NCBI RefSeq assembly: GCF_006345805.1
Contig: NC_043006.1
Coordinates: 14,384,001-14,448,000, forward strand
From: Octopus sinensis
Taxonomy: Eukaryota
DNA: 64,000 nt
Reading direction: 5' to 3'
Part shown: positions 25,395-39,627 of the stretch, in pieces
Layout: each line of letters opens with the position of its first letter
Position numbering within the stretch: position 1 is the stretch's first letter
Position numbers and translations under genes: made by a program
The notes under the pieces: model-generated
What the model was told of the DNA's origin: nothing
The model's input: only the letters and a program-made list of their open reading frames with translations
Database searches by the model: none

Positions 25395-26539
25395 CTGAAA
25401 TATAAAATTACATAAAACAGTTACAGTATTGTTGAAATCAAATAATGGATTTTAAGTGTCCAAAGAAGGAAAAGGTACGCATAAGTGGGCTGGTTACGCC
25501 CCTGGCATCAGCCATGAGATTATGGTTTCATTTGGCTTGCCAGGTCTTCTCACGCACGGCATATTTCCAAAGGTCTCAAAGTCATTTGAAACAAAGGCAG
25601 TGTATTTCAACAGAAATATGGTAAGGAAATGGTTAAACAGATCTAAATGCATTCTGAATCAATTTTCCAACATGGTTTTCGTTCATAGTTGTTAACATTT
25701 CACTTGTCTCCAAAACCACATAATTGTATGTATTCAGGGGAAATAAATGCTTTCTACTACAGGCATAAGATCTGAAATTTCCGGGGACAGGGCCAGTTGA
25801 TTATGTTGATCCCAGTGTACAACTGACACACTTCCATGCTATATGGTATCATCATTTCATAGGTTCTGAGTAGAATTCCTTTTGCATTTTTACAGTCTTT
25901 TTATGTTATTAAACCACAAAGATTTATTTTACTTATTCTTCATTCTCAAAAAATATTACTATTTAAAATAAATATAATATACATCATCATCGTTTAACGT
26001 CCGCTTTCCATGCTAGCATGGGTTGGACGATTTGACTGAGGTCTGACGAACCAGATGGCTGCACCAGACTCCAATCTGATCTGACAGAGTTTCTACAGCT
26101 GGATGCCCTTCCTAACGCCAACCACTCTGAGTGTGTAGTGGGTGCTTTTATGTGCCACCGGTACGGGGCCAGTTGGGTGGTACTGGCAATGGTCATGCTC
26201 AAATGGTGCTTTTTATGTGCCACCTGCACAGCAGCCAGCCCAGCAGCAGTGGCAACAACCTCACTCGAATCTTTTACACATGCCACCGGCACAGGTGCCA
26301 GTAAGGCAATGCTGGTAATGATCACGCTCAGATGGTGCCTTTTACCCGCCACCGGGACGGAGGCCAGATAGCTGCTCTGGCAACTATAATATACATATAT
26401 ACATATATAAAACAATGAATAAGATTTCAATAGAATCATGATAATTTTCATTGGAAGTAGATTAACTCTGCTTCTCAACTTCACAAATAAACCTTGATAA
26501 GGATTTAGAAATGGATATTATAATATATTGGACACTTAC

Positions 26540-26630
26540 GTTTCTTGAAATGCTGCTTAATCTCTGCTATCTCATCATTATTTCTAGTGAGAAGAATCTC
26601 TATCAGAGCATCTTCATCAGTTCCAAGTCC
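26540..26630 (-). CDS. Annexin exon D: GLGTDEDALIEILLTRNNDEIAEIKQHFKK(L)
   Basis: CAG acceptor, GTAAGT donor; 91 nt, phase 0 to 1; repeat 2 GLGTDE. Confidence 0.95.
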
Positions 26631-28101
26631 CTGAAATAATGGTTTTGTTTTAGTAGAATAATTTCCAGATTGAAGAATTGTTTCTCCAATACACAGAGTC
26701 TGAATATATTAATTAAATTGGTGAACTATTTAGCTTGTACTTAAAGACTCTTCATAGTATTAGTCCACTACTAAGGCTCAAATAAAGACCACATATATAT
26801 CAGTTAACATATCATCATCATCGTTTTTACGTCCAGTTTTTCAAGTTTGCATGGATCAGATGAAATTCATTGAAGCATATTTTCAATAGCTAGATGCTCA
26901 TCTCATTGCCAAACTTCATCTGTTTCCAAGCAGGGTAATATGTATTTCCCCATAGTTGGAATATGTTTTCTTTTTCTTTACTACCCACAAGGGGCTAAAC
27001 ACAGAGGGGACAAACAAAGACAGGCAAATGAATTAAGTCGATTACATCGACCCCAGGGCATAACTGGTACTCAATTTATCGACCTCGAAAGGATGAAAGG
27101 CAAAGTCGACCTCGGCGGAATCTGAACTCAGAACATAATAGCAGACGAAATACGGCTACGCATTTCGCCTGGCGTGCTAACGGTTCTGCCAGCTCACCGC
27201 CGTACTTGGAATATATTTCCATGGAAAATTGGACATGAAGGACACTGCTTGTAAGGCAGTGATTCTCACTTATAACTATTGCATGATGTCAAGACAAAGA
27301 ATTTCAAACACACACACTGTAGAATGCTCTGATAAGGTTTCCATACAGGTACGCTTTTATACACACACACACGATGGACTGCTTTCAGTTTTCATCTACC
27401 AAATCCACTCACAATGTTTTAGCTGACATAGCGCTATAGTGGAAAATACTTGTGCAAGGAGCTGCACAGTGGGACTGAACCTAAAACCACATGGTTGAGA
27501 AGTGAACTTCTTAACCACACAGCCATTGGTTAATATATAAAAGCTAACAATACAGACATTGCATATGAATGAGATACTCATTTACTCTCATTTACTGGTT
27601 TCAGTCATTTGACTGTGGCAATGCTGGAGCACCACCTTTAGTCGAGCAAATCGACCCCGGGACTTATTCTTTGTAAGCCTAGTACTTATTCTATTGGTCT
27701 CTTTTGCCAAACCGCTAAGTTACAGAGACATAAATACACGAGCATCGGTTGTCAAGCGATGTTGGGGGGACAAACACAAACACACATATATATACATATA
27801 TACGATGGGCTTCTTTCAGTTTCCGTCAACCAAATCCACTCACAAGGCTTTGGTCGGTCCAAGGCTATAGTAGAAGACACCTGCCCAAGGTGCCACGCAG
27901 TGGGACTGAACCCGGAACCATGTGGTTCGTAAGCAAGCTACTTACCACACAGCCACTCCTGACTACAAAATTTATACAAAATACCCTACGCATGCGTAAG
28001 TCTATCACTTTGCTACATTTGCATATCCTGTACACATTCTACAGAAAATATCATAAAAAATTTAATGAATCTTTCTACATTTTATCTCCAAAGTAGTCAT
28101 T

Positions 28102-28406
28102 TTTGTTTTTTCCTTCTCGAGCCATGCCTGGCTCATAAGGGCCGGTTTCCCGGTTTCCTTGGCGTATAGGTTCCCCACCTGGACGGGACGCCGGTCCGTC
28201 GCAGGTGAGATGCAAGATGCAGGAGGAAAGAGTGAGAGAAAGTTGTGGCGAAAGAGTCAGCAGAAGTTTTGCCATTACCTTCTGCCGGAGCTGCGTGGAG
28301 CTTAGGTGTTTCGCTCATAAACACACACATCGTTCAGTCTGAGATTCGAACCCGTGATTCCTCACCGCGAGTCCGCTGCTCTAACCACTAGGCCATGTGC
28401 CTCCAC
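28102..28406 (-). mobile_element. tRNA-derived SINE, family 3, with 10-bp TSD
   Basis: TSD AGTAGTCATT at 28092-28101 and 28407-28416. Confidence 0.85.
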
Positions 28407-28582
28407 AGTAGTCATTATTTGTTAAGAACATAGATTCATCAGATAAATTTCTCTAATGGCAAAGCCCCAGCCAGACCAAGACTTTATATCTGGTACCATT
28501 GAAAGAAAGAATTCATGGTAAAAAAGAAAAGAATAAAACAAAAAGTATGAAATGTAAACAGTAACGGCATAGAGAAACTTAC

Positions 28583-28696
28583 TTTCATTGCACGCTTGAG
28601 TTCTTTTGCATCATAGACTCGTGGTGGATCCATAAGGGCCATAATAACATCTTCAAAGTGTCCCCCAATTTCGGATTTTATTTCTTTTCGAAGATC
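28583..28696 (-). CDS. Annexin exon C: DLRKEIKSEIGGHFEDVIMALMDPPRVYDAKELKRAMK
   Basis: TAG acceptor, GTAAGT donor; 114 nt, phase 0 to 0. Confidence 0.95.
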
Positions 28697-30693
28697 CTAA
28701 AACGATGGAAACAAAATATAAAGAAACTGATGAAGCATTAACATTATATACAGCTGGTCAGTCCATCAGTCCATCCTTCCCTCTTCTTTGCCTGGAAGAG
28801 TCATGGGAGTAGAGTCCTCAGGTACCTCATCGATAAGCTCTTGTCAGAAACAACTATTATTACACTTCCTGGCTGGAGTTCCAAGCATGACCAGCTAAGA
28901 CTACAAGCTACTTACCTGTGCCTGCATACATAATTGCAAACATACATACTTACATACATATACACGTATGTACATACACACACACACACACACACACGTG
29001 AGAATGCATGTATGGTGGTGGTGATGAGGATGATGATAATGATGATGATGGTACAATACCATTATAGGCACTGTACTACCATCATGTAAAAAATTGCTAT
29101 CATCATCATCATCATTATTATAATTTTTGAAGGTGGCAAGTTGGCAGAATTGTTTGCACATTGGGCGAAATGCCTAGCAGTATTTCGCCCATTGCTATGT
29201 TCTAAGTTCAAATTCCGCTGAGGTCAACTTTGCCTTTCATCCTTTTGGAGTTGATAAATTAAGTGCCAGTGAAACACTGGGGGTTGATGTAATCAGCTAG
29301 TCCCCTCCCCAAAAATTTGAGGCCTTGTGCCTCTAGTAGAAAGGATTATTATTATTATCATTATTATTATTATTATTGTTATTCATCACATCATCATCAT
29401 TTAACGTCCATTTTCCATGCTAGCATGGGTTGGACGGTTCGACCGGGGATCTGGGAAGCCAGAAGGCTGCACCAGGCTCCAGTCTGATTTGGCAGTGTTT
29501 CTACAGCTGGATGCCCTTCCTAATGCCAACCACTCCGTGAGTGTAGTAGGTGTTTTTTACGTGCCACTGGCACAGGGGCCAGAGCAGGCTGGCAAACGGC
29601 CATGATCGGTTGGTGCTTTTAGATGTCACCGACACGGACGCCAGCCAGACGGCGCTGGCATCTGCCACATTCGGACGGTGCTTTTTACGTGTCACCGGCA
29701 TGGGTGTCTTGATTATTATTATTATTATTATTATTATTAGAGTGGTAGATTGTCAGAACTGTTAGCATGTCAGACAAAATGCTTTGCAGTACCTGTTCTG
29801 GATTTTCACATTCTGAGTTCTAATCCCACGGAAGTCAATTTTATCTTTAATCCTTCCAGAAGCAACAAAATAAAGACCCAGTCAAATACTGAGGGCAATA
29901 TTAACAACTGTTCTCTCTCAACAAATTTCTGGCCTTATCCCTAAGTTAGGAATTATTATTATCCTTATTGAGTGAGAGAGCAGCGCATGCCATCAAGGTG
30001 ACACTGGTGTACAAATATACAAAGTTCAGTGTACCCATCATGACTACACGTCTGATAAGGGTACACCAGTTACATACATCACAACTACTGTATTTTAACG
30101 TGTCTTAGGAACCCCCTAATTTTGGGGGCTTAAAATTTGGAAAAAAGATTTAGTAAGGGAATATAATACTATACATGTATAAGAAACTCCCATATTTTTT
30201 TAACTTAATTTTTGACAAAAAAGGGTTCCTTATACACATAAAAAATATTATATATGTGCATGGACTGCATGGTGATCTCATGTAAGATAAATAGTACATG
30301 ACCTTGCAAATGGGGCCCATTTAGAATTTTTTCAGGTCAATTATTATTATTATTATTATTATTATTATCATTATTGGGTGAGAGAGCAATGCATGCCATC
30401 AAAGTGACACTGGGGTGCAAATATACGAAGCCCATCATGACTACCTACCTGATAAGGGTATACCAGGCACATGCATCACAACCATATGTGTGCGACATGG
30501 TGATCTCATATAAGATAAATAGTGCATGATCTTGCAAGTGGGGCCCATTTAGAATTTTCTTCAGTTCATGCCTTTCAACCTTTCAGGGTTGATAAAATGA
30601 GTACCAGTTGAGTACTGGGGGGGAGGTGGGGGTCAAGGTAATTGACTTAACCCCTCCCAACAAATTTCAGGCCTTGTGCCTATAGTAGAAAGG

Positions 30694-30724
<31 letters not shown>

Positions 30725-32048
30725 TCATCAAGGTGGTGAGCTGGCAGAATCATAAGCATGCCAGGCAAAATGCTTAGCGGCATTTCATCTGCGTGTAAGT
30801 TCTGAGTTCAAATTCCACCAAGATCAACTTTGCCTTTTAGTCTCTCAGAGTCAGTTGAGACATTATTTGAGAATTTTCAGTGTGACTTCAGTCAGAAATC
30901 ATCATCATCATTTAACATCCACTTTTCTTTGCTTGCATGGGTCAAATTTTTTGCAACTAATGACCTTCCTACTGCCAGCTTTCACACGTTTCTAAGCATG
31001 GTAAATACAAGGCCAGACATATTTTCATGAGGTAAAGGTAAAGTTATCTTCTTGAGCTATGCCAACTCATAAGGGCCGGTTTCCCAGTCTCCATGGCGTA
31101 TAAACTCTCCACCTGCATGGGACAACCAATGTTGGAGTGTTTATGTCTCTGTAACTTAGCGATTTGGCAAAAGAGACCGATAGAATAAGTACTAAGTTTA
31201 CAAAGAATAAGTCATGGAGTCAATTTCTTCAACTAAAACCCTTTAAATTGTTGCTCCAGCATAGCCACAGTCAAATGACTGAAACATGTCAAGGAATAAA
31301 AGAATAAAAATTATATTCAATAGGTTTCTAGTTTCAACAAATAAACAATCCCAGATTTCCAGTACCATACGAGTGAGATCGTTGCCAGAGCAACAAGCTG
31401 GCCTTCGTGCCGATGGCAAGTTAAGCACACCATTCAAGTGTGATTGTTACCATGTCACCTTACTAACACTCGTGCCAGTGGACTGGCTCCTGTGAAGGTG
31501 GAATGTAAAAAGCACCATTTGGGCGTGGCCGTTGCCAGTACTACCAAACAGGTCCTTGTGCCGGTGGCACGTAAAAGCATCCACTACACTCTCGGAGTGG
31601 TTGGCTTTAGGAAGGGCATCCAGCTGTAGAAACTCTGCCAGATCAGATTGGAGCCTGGTGCAGCCATCTGGTTCGCCAGCCCTCAGTCAAAATCGTCCAA
31701 CCCATGCTAGCATGGAAAGCGGATGATGATGATGATTTGAATAATCAAGGGAATAAAGGTTAATTTAATATACAGACAGAAAGACTTGAAATAATGGTTT
31801 CAAATTTTAGCACAAGGCCAGCAATTTTGGGGAGGGGTAAGTTGATTACATTGCTGCCAACGCTCAACTGATACTTACTTTATCAACTTTATCAACCCTA
31901 AAAGGATGAGGGGCAAAGTCAACTTTGGCAGAATTTGAACTCAGAACATAAAGATGAAATGCCAGTAAGCATTTTGCTTGGTGTGCAAATGGTTTTTGCC
32001 AGTTCACAGCCTTAGACAACATGAAATAATAATCATAATTATTCCTAC

Positions 32049-32143
32049 CTTTCCAAACATTGCTTTGAATACTCTTTCTATTTCTATTCGTTGCTGGTTG
32101 GTATGGGAAGTCATTATCTTAATAATTGCTGCTTCATCAGTAC
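32049..32143 (-). CDS. Annexin exon B: (G)TDEAAIIKIMTSHTNQQRIEIERVFKAMFGK
   Basis: TAG acceptor, GTAGGA donor; 95 nt, phase 1 to 0; GTDE motif. Confidence 0.93.
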
Positions 32144-32232
32144 CTACCGAAAAGAAAAAGAAAGAAGAATAGCAAAATGAAAATGGTCAGATATTCTAAA
32201 ATATGCATTCAAAGAGTTGTCGTTATTAAAAA

Positions 32233-32624
32233 CTAGCAGTATTGCCTGGTGTTCCTTGGGTTTTTTTTTCGACCCTTAGAATTGGAATTTTTGAAAAGTA
32301 AAAATTTTGCATTATGTAGCTTGTTATTCTCTTTAAGTGAACATTTTTCTGGTTGAAATACACCGAAAAATGGCAACACAACAGTCAAAAAATCGTAAAA
32401 AGTAGGGATTTTAATAGAAAAAAAGCACCCTTTTGATGTAAATAATTTTTGGTGTTAACATGGTCCGATTTGAAATTTTTCTTCTACGGAATGAAGAGCA
32501 AGCCTTCTTCTATCATACTTTCAATTTTGGTTGACTTGCACCGCAGGGTTTCGGAGGAGATAGTGTTAGTTGAAGGCTACCAAACCTGCCAACACAGACA
32601 ACTTCAGCTTTATATATAGAGAGA
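32233..32624 (-). mobile_element. Non-autonomous Helitron (family B)
   Basis: 5' TC(TA)n and 3' CTAG between A and T on the minus strand; about 90 nt from the exon B acceptor. Confidence 0.8.
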
Positions 32625-32629
32625 TTTAA

Positions 32630-32849
32630 CTCTTTAGCATTCGAACCAGCCATGTCCAGCTAAAATATTTTACTTGTTTTATGTTTAAACTTGTCAGATC
32701 TGACCTCTGCTATCCACCCTGTAATTTCATTCTAAAAATATCCAATCACATCATCAAAATCTGAAAGCTTTGAGATAATCAATGATTAATTCAAAACAAT
32801 GGGGATAAGTAAGCATTACATTTGACAGAGTAATCCGAACACTAAAGGG
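32630..32849. mobile_element. TTAA-flanked (piggyBac-like) MITE
   Basis: TTAA|CTCTTTAGCATTCG ... CGAACACTAAAGGG|TTAA; similar ends near 50130-50355. Confidence 0.55.
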
Positions 32850-33119
32850 TTAATAGAAAATTGCAGAGAAAAATTAAGAGATGTTTTCTTGCAAATCTTT
32901 TGAAATTGGTGAAAATGATCATAGAAGGAGTAACAATACACAGCAATGTCTTTCTTAACAGGAAGTGTGCCGTTAAAGATAACAGAATTAAAACCAGGCT
33001 AATGAGGGAAGACTCTACATTACTACTACTCAGTGTTCTTTTTTTGTTGTTGCTGTTTTTGTTTTTTTTGCTTTTTGATTTTATATGTCCAGAAGATGAA
33101 GTAAAAAAAATTATTGTCT

Positions 33120-33340
33120 GGTTAGTTAGTTAGTTAATTTTTGGCTCAAAAGCAAATAGCAAGGCCATGTAGGGGGACATGGAGTTAAGTACAGGGTGGT
33201 GTTCATGTAAAGAGTTCAGGCCACTTGAGGTCAAGGGAGACTTTGAACTGAGCGGTCGTCGGCATCTTCACCATCTCGTCTGGCAGCTTGTTCCACGGAA
33301 CCGCAACCCGGACGGAGAAAGCTCCTCTCCTTCGATTAAA
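33120..33340 (-). mobile_element. CR1-type LINE 3' fragment
   Basis: GAFSVRVAVPWNKLPDEMV ... FKVSLD; (AACT)n tail. Confidence 0.75.
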
Positions 33341-34504
33341 AAGTTTACATCCATAAAACACGGTTTTGGGTTCAGTTCTAATGCATGGCACCTTGGATGA
33401 GTATCTCCTACTATAGTCCTGAACCTGCTAAAGCCATGCGAGTGGATTTAATGGACAGAAACTGAAAGAAGCCTGCCCCCACCACACACAATATGTATGC
33501 ATGTATGTATGTATGTATGTATGTATGTATGTATGTATGTACGTATGTATGTATGTACGTATGTATGTATGCGTGTATGTAGGTAGGTATGAAATAAAGA
33601 GTTGGACACATGATATGCAAATTAGCAGCACCAGTTCTCTGTAACCACAGGCTTTGTTGTGTATGTAAACAGAGTGGTTGCTCATTTTTCTGGGATTGGT
33701 CAAGTGATGTAGTCATTCATGATGAGAAACCAATAAGGATGGTGTTCTACATCATCAATATATTTGCTAGAAATAGCAACCAAGTCTTGCTCATTAATAC
33801 ACTACTGTCTCAAAAGAGAAGGGCACAGGTTCATGCAGTCAGAGACACAAACAGAGACACATTGCATAGGTTCAGAATATAAAAGAAGGGAAAGACAGGT
33901 TGGTCAATGCTGGAATGCCTTTAAGCATACATATCTTGGATCAAAGATGATCCAAGATTAAATAAAATTGTTTGACATCACCACTATCAAGTCAGAGTCA
34001 TTTCTTATGGGAAGCTACTGCTTCTAAAAAGTTGGTACTCATACATGTCATTTGGCCTGATTTTAATAACTTGCTGCGATTCCTGACACCAGTCACTTTA
34101 TGAAATGTACATGATGCATTTTGTTTGTGTGTGTGGGGGGTGGGGGGGGGTACCAACACTGGAGTAATGTATGACCTAAAGTATACAGGGTAAGGAGTGG
34201 AATAGGGGACAGCAGAAAGGCCAGGAATGGGTGTTTGAAAAGGAATGTTGTACAGGAAAAATTCTGATATATAAAGTTTATTTAAATAACATCATAAAAA
34301 TTAGTTATTGGCCTATATCATATCATATTCATCATCATCATCATCATTGTTTAACGTCCGTTCTCCATGCTAGCATGGGTTGGACGGTTCGACCGGGGAT
34401 CTGGGAAGCCAGAAGGCTGCACCAGGCTCCAGTCTTATCTGGCAATGTTTCTACAGCTGGATGCCCTTCCTAACGCCAACCACTCTGTGAGTGTAGTGGG
34501 TGCT

Positions 34505-37500
34505 TGTTGTAGTGAAAATAGTACTCTCCTTCTCACATGACAAAGTGGCATGAACCAGCCACTATAAAGTTAGTCAGTAGTAGTAGTGACATTGTACAAG
34601 TTCTCAGTTGGAGTTAGTGTCAGTTACATGATATATGAGTTCAAGTTACCGTCAAGGTAGACATTTCAAAGTCATCGTCTTGTGGAGCTATCAGTGATAA
34701 CACGATAAACGAGTCAAAGATAATAAAACGCAGAATACCACCACAACATAATAATGGCAAAAAGAATATTACAGTGCCAACAATAACATACAAGTGAATG
34801 AGGATACACATTATAACAGTGGTGATGAGGATATACACAATTCACACAGACAACATTCAAAAATTATTTTTCTGCCGGTGGCACGTAAAAAGCACCCACT
34901 ACACTCATGGAGTGGTTGGCGTTAGGAAGGGCATCCAGCCGTAGAAACGTTGCCAGATCAAACTGGGCCTGGTGCAGCCTTCTGGCTTCCCAGACCCCAG
35001 TTGAACCGTCCAACCCATGCTAGCATGGAAAGCGGACGCTAAACGATGATGATGATGATGACAACATTGAAATATTTTTCACCTAGAGAAATTAAAAACT
35101 TGACAGAGGAGTAACAAACGGTTTTCTTGTGCATATTTTACAAAAAAATCTATAAAATTATGGAAAACTGAATTGCAAAAACAGCAACAACAACCCAAAG
35201 AACAACAAATGCATCAACTAATGAAGTTAGTAACAAAACCTGGAAATACATTTTGACCAGACCATGTAACAAATTCAATAAATGAATTCAAATGTGAACC
35301 GGAAGAAGGAATCACCTTCAGGGAATACTACTGAAGATTTGAGCAAATTTTCGAAAAAGAATACCAAGAATAAACAGACAAAATGGAAACGTGTCTAATT
35401 CTGAGGAAACTGGCGACAACAGAACACAAAAAATACTGTAACTTTTTATTGCCTAAAAATGTTTCTGACATAAATTTCACGGGCACAATTGACATTTTAT
35501 GTAGGATGTTGAGTGAAAAAACATCGTTGTTCAACACATGTTGGAAGTGTTTGAACACTGAGAGAAGCAAAGACAAAGACTTTACCACATGTGTTAGTAG
35601 AGTGAACAGAGAGTGAAAGATTTAAACTGGATACACTAACTCCAGACTCATTCAAGTGCCTGACTTCTGTTCAGGGATTTACTGCTAAAAAGGACGCAGA
35701 AGCCAGAATGAAAAATCTTGCAAAGCTGGAAATGAACCAGGATATATTTCGTTCTTGGATTTGGTTTGCAAGATTCTTTATATGAGTTCGTGTGTTGAAG
35801 CATATTCTGTTGTGTCTGGAGAGAGTCATTCTCTTTTAGTGCCTTATTATTTAACACACTCACCAGTAAAATTTCCACTTATTTCTTATTTTCTAAAATT
35901 TTCGTTGCGTCTTGCAACCTTTTCGATAGTCAAGACAACTGAAAAGGTTGTAAGACGCAACGAAAATTTAAAAAAATAGAAATAAGAGGAAATTTTACCG
36001 GTGAGTGTGTTAAATAATTAGGCAATAAAAGAGAATGACTCTCCCCAGACACAACAAAAGCAGGATATAGCTATCCAGAAACTGTCAGAAGAGTGCAATA
36101 TGATATTAAAAGTAAGGCATAACACAGAAGAAACCCGATGCAGAGATTGTCTACAGATAAAACCAGTGTGGAAGATTTAGAAGACAGATAAAGTGTTTCA
36201 CAAAAAACACAATATACAACAGGAAATACACCCATGTATGGCAAGTGGTGGTAGGCACCTGAGAAAAGAGTGTCCGTTCAAAAAGCAAAGTGTTTTCATT
36301 GTGGGAAAACACAGGACACATTAAATCACACTGCAGAACTGAGATGACAAAAAATTGGACCAAACAAGAAAAAATAAATAGTTTATCATTAGAGGAAAAA
36401 TTTTGTACAATAAACAGATTATTCATCAAGGTGAGAATCAAAACCACTAGTGCCAAAATGCAATTAGACACAGGTAGTGAGATCACTATCATAAATGAAA
36501 AATATTGGTGACAAATCGGTAAACCGAAATTATTTAAATCAAATAAAGTGGTATATGGTGTTACAGGGGAGAAATTATATTTCATTAGCGAATGTATTTG
36601 CAATGTAACTTTCCGAGGTGAAATGAAAAGGGCAATCATTTATGTATTGCAAAAAAAAAAAAAAAAATCACTAAACCTATTTGGCACAGAATGCATAGTC
36701 ATTTCAAATGTGGGACACCTCCATTAATGTTCTTTGTGAAAATCTAGTTGGCACAGTTAAAAGTTTGAATGAAGTCAAACAACTGAGACTAAAAATTAAA
36801 AAACTGTTTCCAAATAGGCGTAGGAGTGGCTGTGTGGTAAGTAGCTTGCTTATGAACCACATGGTTCCGGGTTCAGTCCCACTGCGTGGCACCTTGGGCA
36901 AGTGTCTTCTACTATAGCCTCGGGCCAACCAAAGCCTTGTGAGTGTATTTGGTAGATGGAAACTGAAAGAAGCCCATCATCATCATCATCATTATTTAAC
37001 GTCCGTTTTCCGTGCTAGCATGCGTTGGACGGTTCGACCGGGGATCTGGGAAGCCAGAAGGCTGCACCAGGCTCCGGTCTTATCTGGCAGTGTTTCTACA
37101 GCTCGATGCCCTTCCTAACGCCAACCACTCCATGAGTGTAGTGGGTGCTTTTTACGTGCCACCTGCACAGGTGCCAGGCGAGGCTGGCAACAGCCACGGT
37201 CGGATTGGTGTATTTTACATGCCACCGGCACGGAATCCAGTCGAGGCGGCGCTGGCATCGGCCACGAGTCGGATAGTGCTTTTTACGTACCACCAGACCA
37301 GGGATCCTGGCTGGTTCAATTCGATTTCGATTTCGCATTCGCTTGCCCCAACATGTCTTCGCAAGCAAAGGGGGTTGGCATGGGTGCCTGTCGTCGGATG
37401 AGGTTCTATATCGACTTCGCTTGCCTCAACAGGTCTTTGTGTCCAAGGGAGGAAAGGCATTCATAAGTGGGCTGGGCTCACTTGTCCTGCCTGGTCTTCT

Positions 37501-37900
37501 CACGTACAGCATATTTCCAAAGGTCTCGGTCGCTGGTCATTTCCTCAGTCGTATATATGTATATATATATATATATGTATGTATGTGTGTCTGTGTGTCT
37601 GTGTTTGTCTCACTAGCATTGCTTGACAACCGATGCTGGTGTGTTTATGTCCCCTGTAACTTAGCGGTTCGGCAAAAGTGACCGATAGAATAAGTACAAG
37701 ACTTACAAAGAATAAGTCCCGGGTCGATTTGCTCGACTAAAGGCAGTGCTCCAGCATGGCCGCAGTCAAATGACTGAAACAAGTAAAACAGTAAAAAAAA
37801 AAGAGTATATATGGGTTTAGACTAACGAAGGAAAAGTGTGAATTTTTGATGAAAAAAAATTAAATATTTAGGTCAAGTAATTGACGAAAGGAGAACGAGT
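34505..37900 (+). mobile_element. Decayed Gypsy (Mag/K02A2.6-like) LTR retrotransposon, gag-protease, with nested insertions
   Basis: PBS-like TGGTGATGAGGA near 34820; gag LRKLATTEHKKYCNFLLPK ... KTSLFN; zinc-knuckle remnant GHIKSHC; aspartic protease QLDTGSEITII. Confidence 0.8.
36977..37549 (-). mobile_element. RTE LINE 3' end inserted in a family 1 SINE (36817-37790)
   Basis: Encodes TEEMTSDRDLWKYAVREKTRQDK*; (GAT)n tail. Confidence 0.8.
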
Positions 37901-39627
37901 ATAACTCCCCCAATGAATGTCTGTTACGTACACAACAACAAGCTGTTAAAAAAGGATGTCATTATGATATAAAAATTACAAAACATAACAAAACCTGTAT
38001 TGTTATGTTTATGACAGTGAAATGCTCTAGTTATGATCAGTTTGTCCTCCTTTTTTTCCCTTGTTCATATTTTGTGAAGCTGTGAACACTTGAATGGAAA
38101 TAAACAAAATGGTTTTGTGCCCAACACTGACATATTGGTTCCAACATGTGAAAGATTTGAAAGAAAAATATTTTTTAAAGAATTTACACCATTTTCTTTC
38201 TGAAAATCACTGCTTTCACTATATCTGCCTGACATTGCCCCGACACTTTGGTTTGAAGTTAATGAAACACAAATTTGAACTCAGGATGCAAACAACTAAG
38301 AACAAATACCGCAAGACATCCAGTCTGATATTTCTGGATGAGAAGTTCTGTGAATCCACTGTTTTAATTGGGTCGTCTTTATTGACTCCAAAAGGATGAA
38401 AGGCAAAGTTCACCTCAGCAGGATTTGAACTGAGAGCACAGGGAGTCAGAACAAATGCAACAAAGTAGGATCAAAAATTTGTTGGCCCAAAGCTATAGTA
38501 AAAACACATGCCCAAGATGCCACGCAGTGGGACTGAACCTGGAACCATGTGGTTGAGAAGCAAACTTTTTAGCACACAGCCACACCTGCACTTAATGTAT
38601 ACAGAAACTGTATCTTGCTTTAGGGCAGTGAGCTGGCAGAAACCATTAGCACACTGGGCAAAATACTTAGCAGTATTTCGTCTGCCATTACGTTTCGAGT
38701 TCAAATTCCACTGAGGTCGACTTCACCTTTCATCCTTTCGGGGTCGATAAATTAAGTACCAGTTATGCACTGGGGTTGATATGGCCAACTTAATCCATCT
38801 GTCTGTCCTTGTTTGTCCCCTGTGTTTAGCTCCTTGTGGGTAGTAAAGAAATAGGTATTTTATCTGCCGTTAAGTTCTGAGTTCAAATTCCGCCGAGGTC
38901 GACTGTGCCTTTCATCCTTTTGGGGTCGATTAAATAAGTACCAGATACGCACTGGGGTCGATATAATTGACTTAATCCATTTGTCTGTCCTTGTTTGTCC
39001 CCTCTATGTTTAGCCCCTTGTGGGAATTAAAGAAATAAGAAACTGTGTCTTGCTTTAAGTCCTCAAATCCTTATGAGTCACAGTATGCTATCACAACATG
39101 TAGAGAGAGAAGACATAAATTTGGCAGCACAGGTCAGACCACAGTGAATTTCTTCCACAGAGAAAAAGAGAGAGAAATGAGAGAAGAGTCAACCCCAGTT
39201 ATTTACGTTATGTTATTTATTGACCCGGAAATGATGAAAAGAAAAGTTGACTTCGGTGAAATTTGAACCCAGGAAGCAGGAATAACTATCGCAAGTGACT
39301 CTAACCAACATTCCAAAAGACCTTGCCAGTTTACTTCCTTCATACAGAATTCTATTATTAACATCATATTCAATGTAGATTAGGTAAACCAATAAAAATA
39401 TAAATTTTACATCAACATTTTGATTGATTGATTGATTCTAGTTTCAGCTTATGAGCTGTGGCCATGCTGGGGCACCGCCATTTATTTAATTATTATTTAA
39501 TTCATTGCTATATAATTTGTTAATTGAGTCACTGTTGGTATAGCCAGTTGATTAATTCATTGTTAATATAGTCCACTAATTAATTCACTGTTAATTAAAT
39601 CGCTTCCACTATATTATTATTATTATT

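Noticed and set aside
37012-37401. Repeated MLAWVGRFDRGSGKPEGCTRL...FLQLDALPNANH ORFs as a gene family
   Set aside because: They are antisense translations of the RTE 3' UTR repeat, with inconsistent frames among copies.
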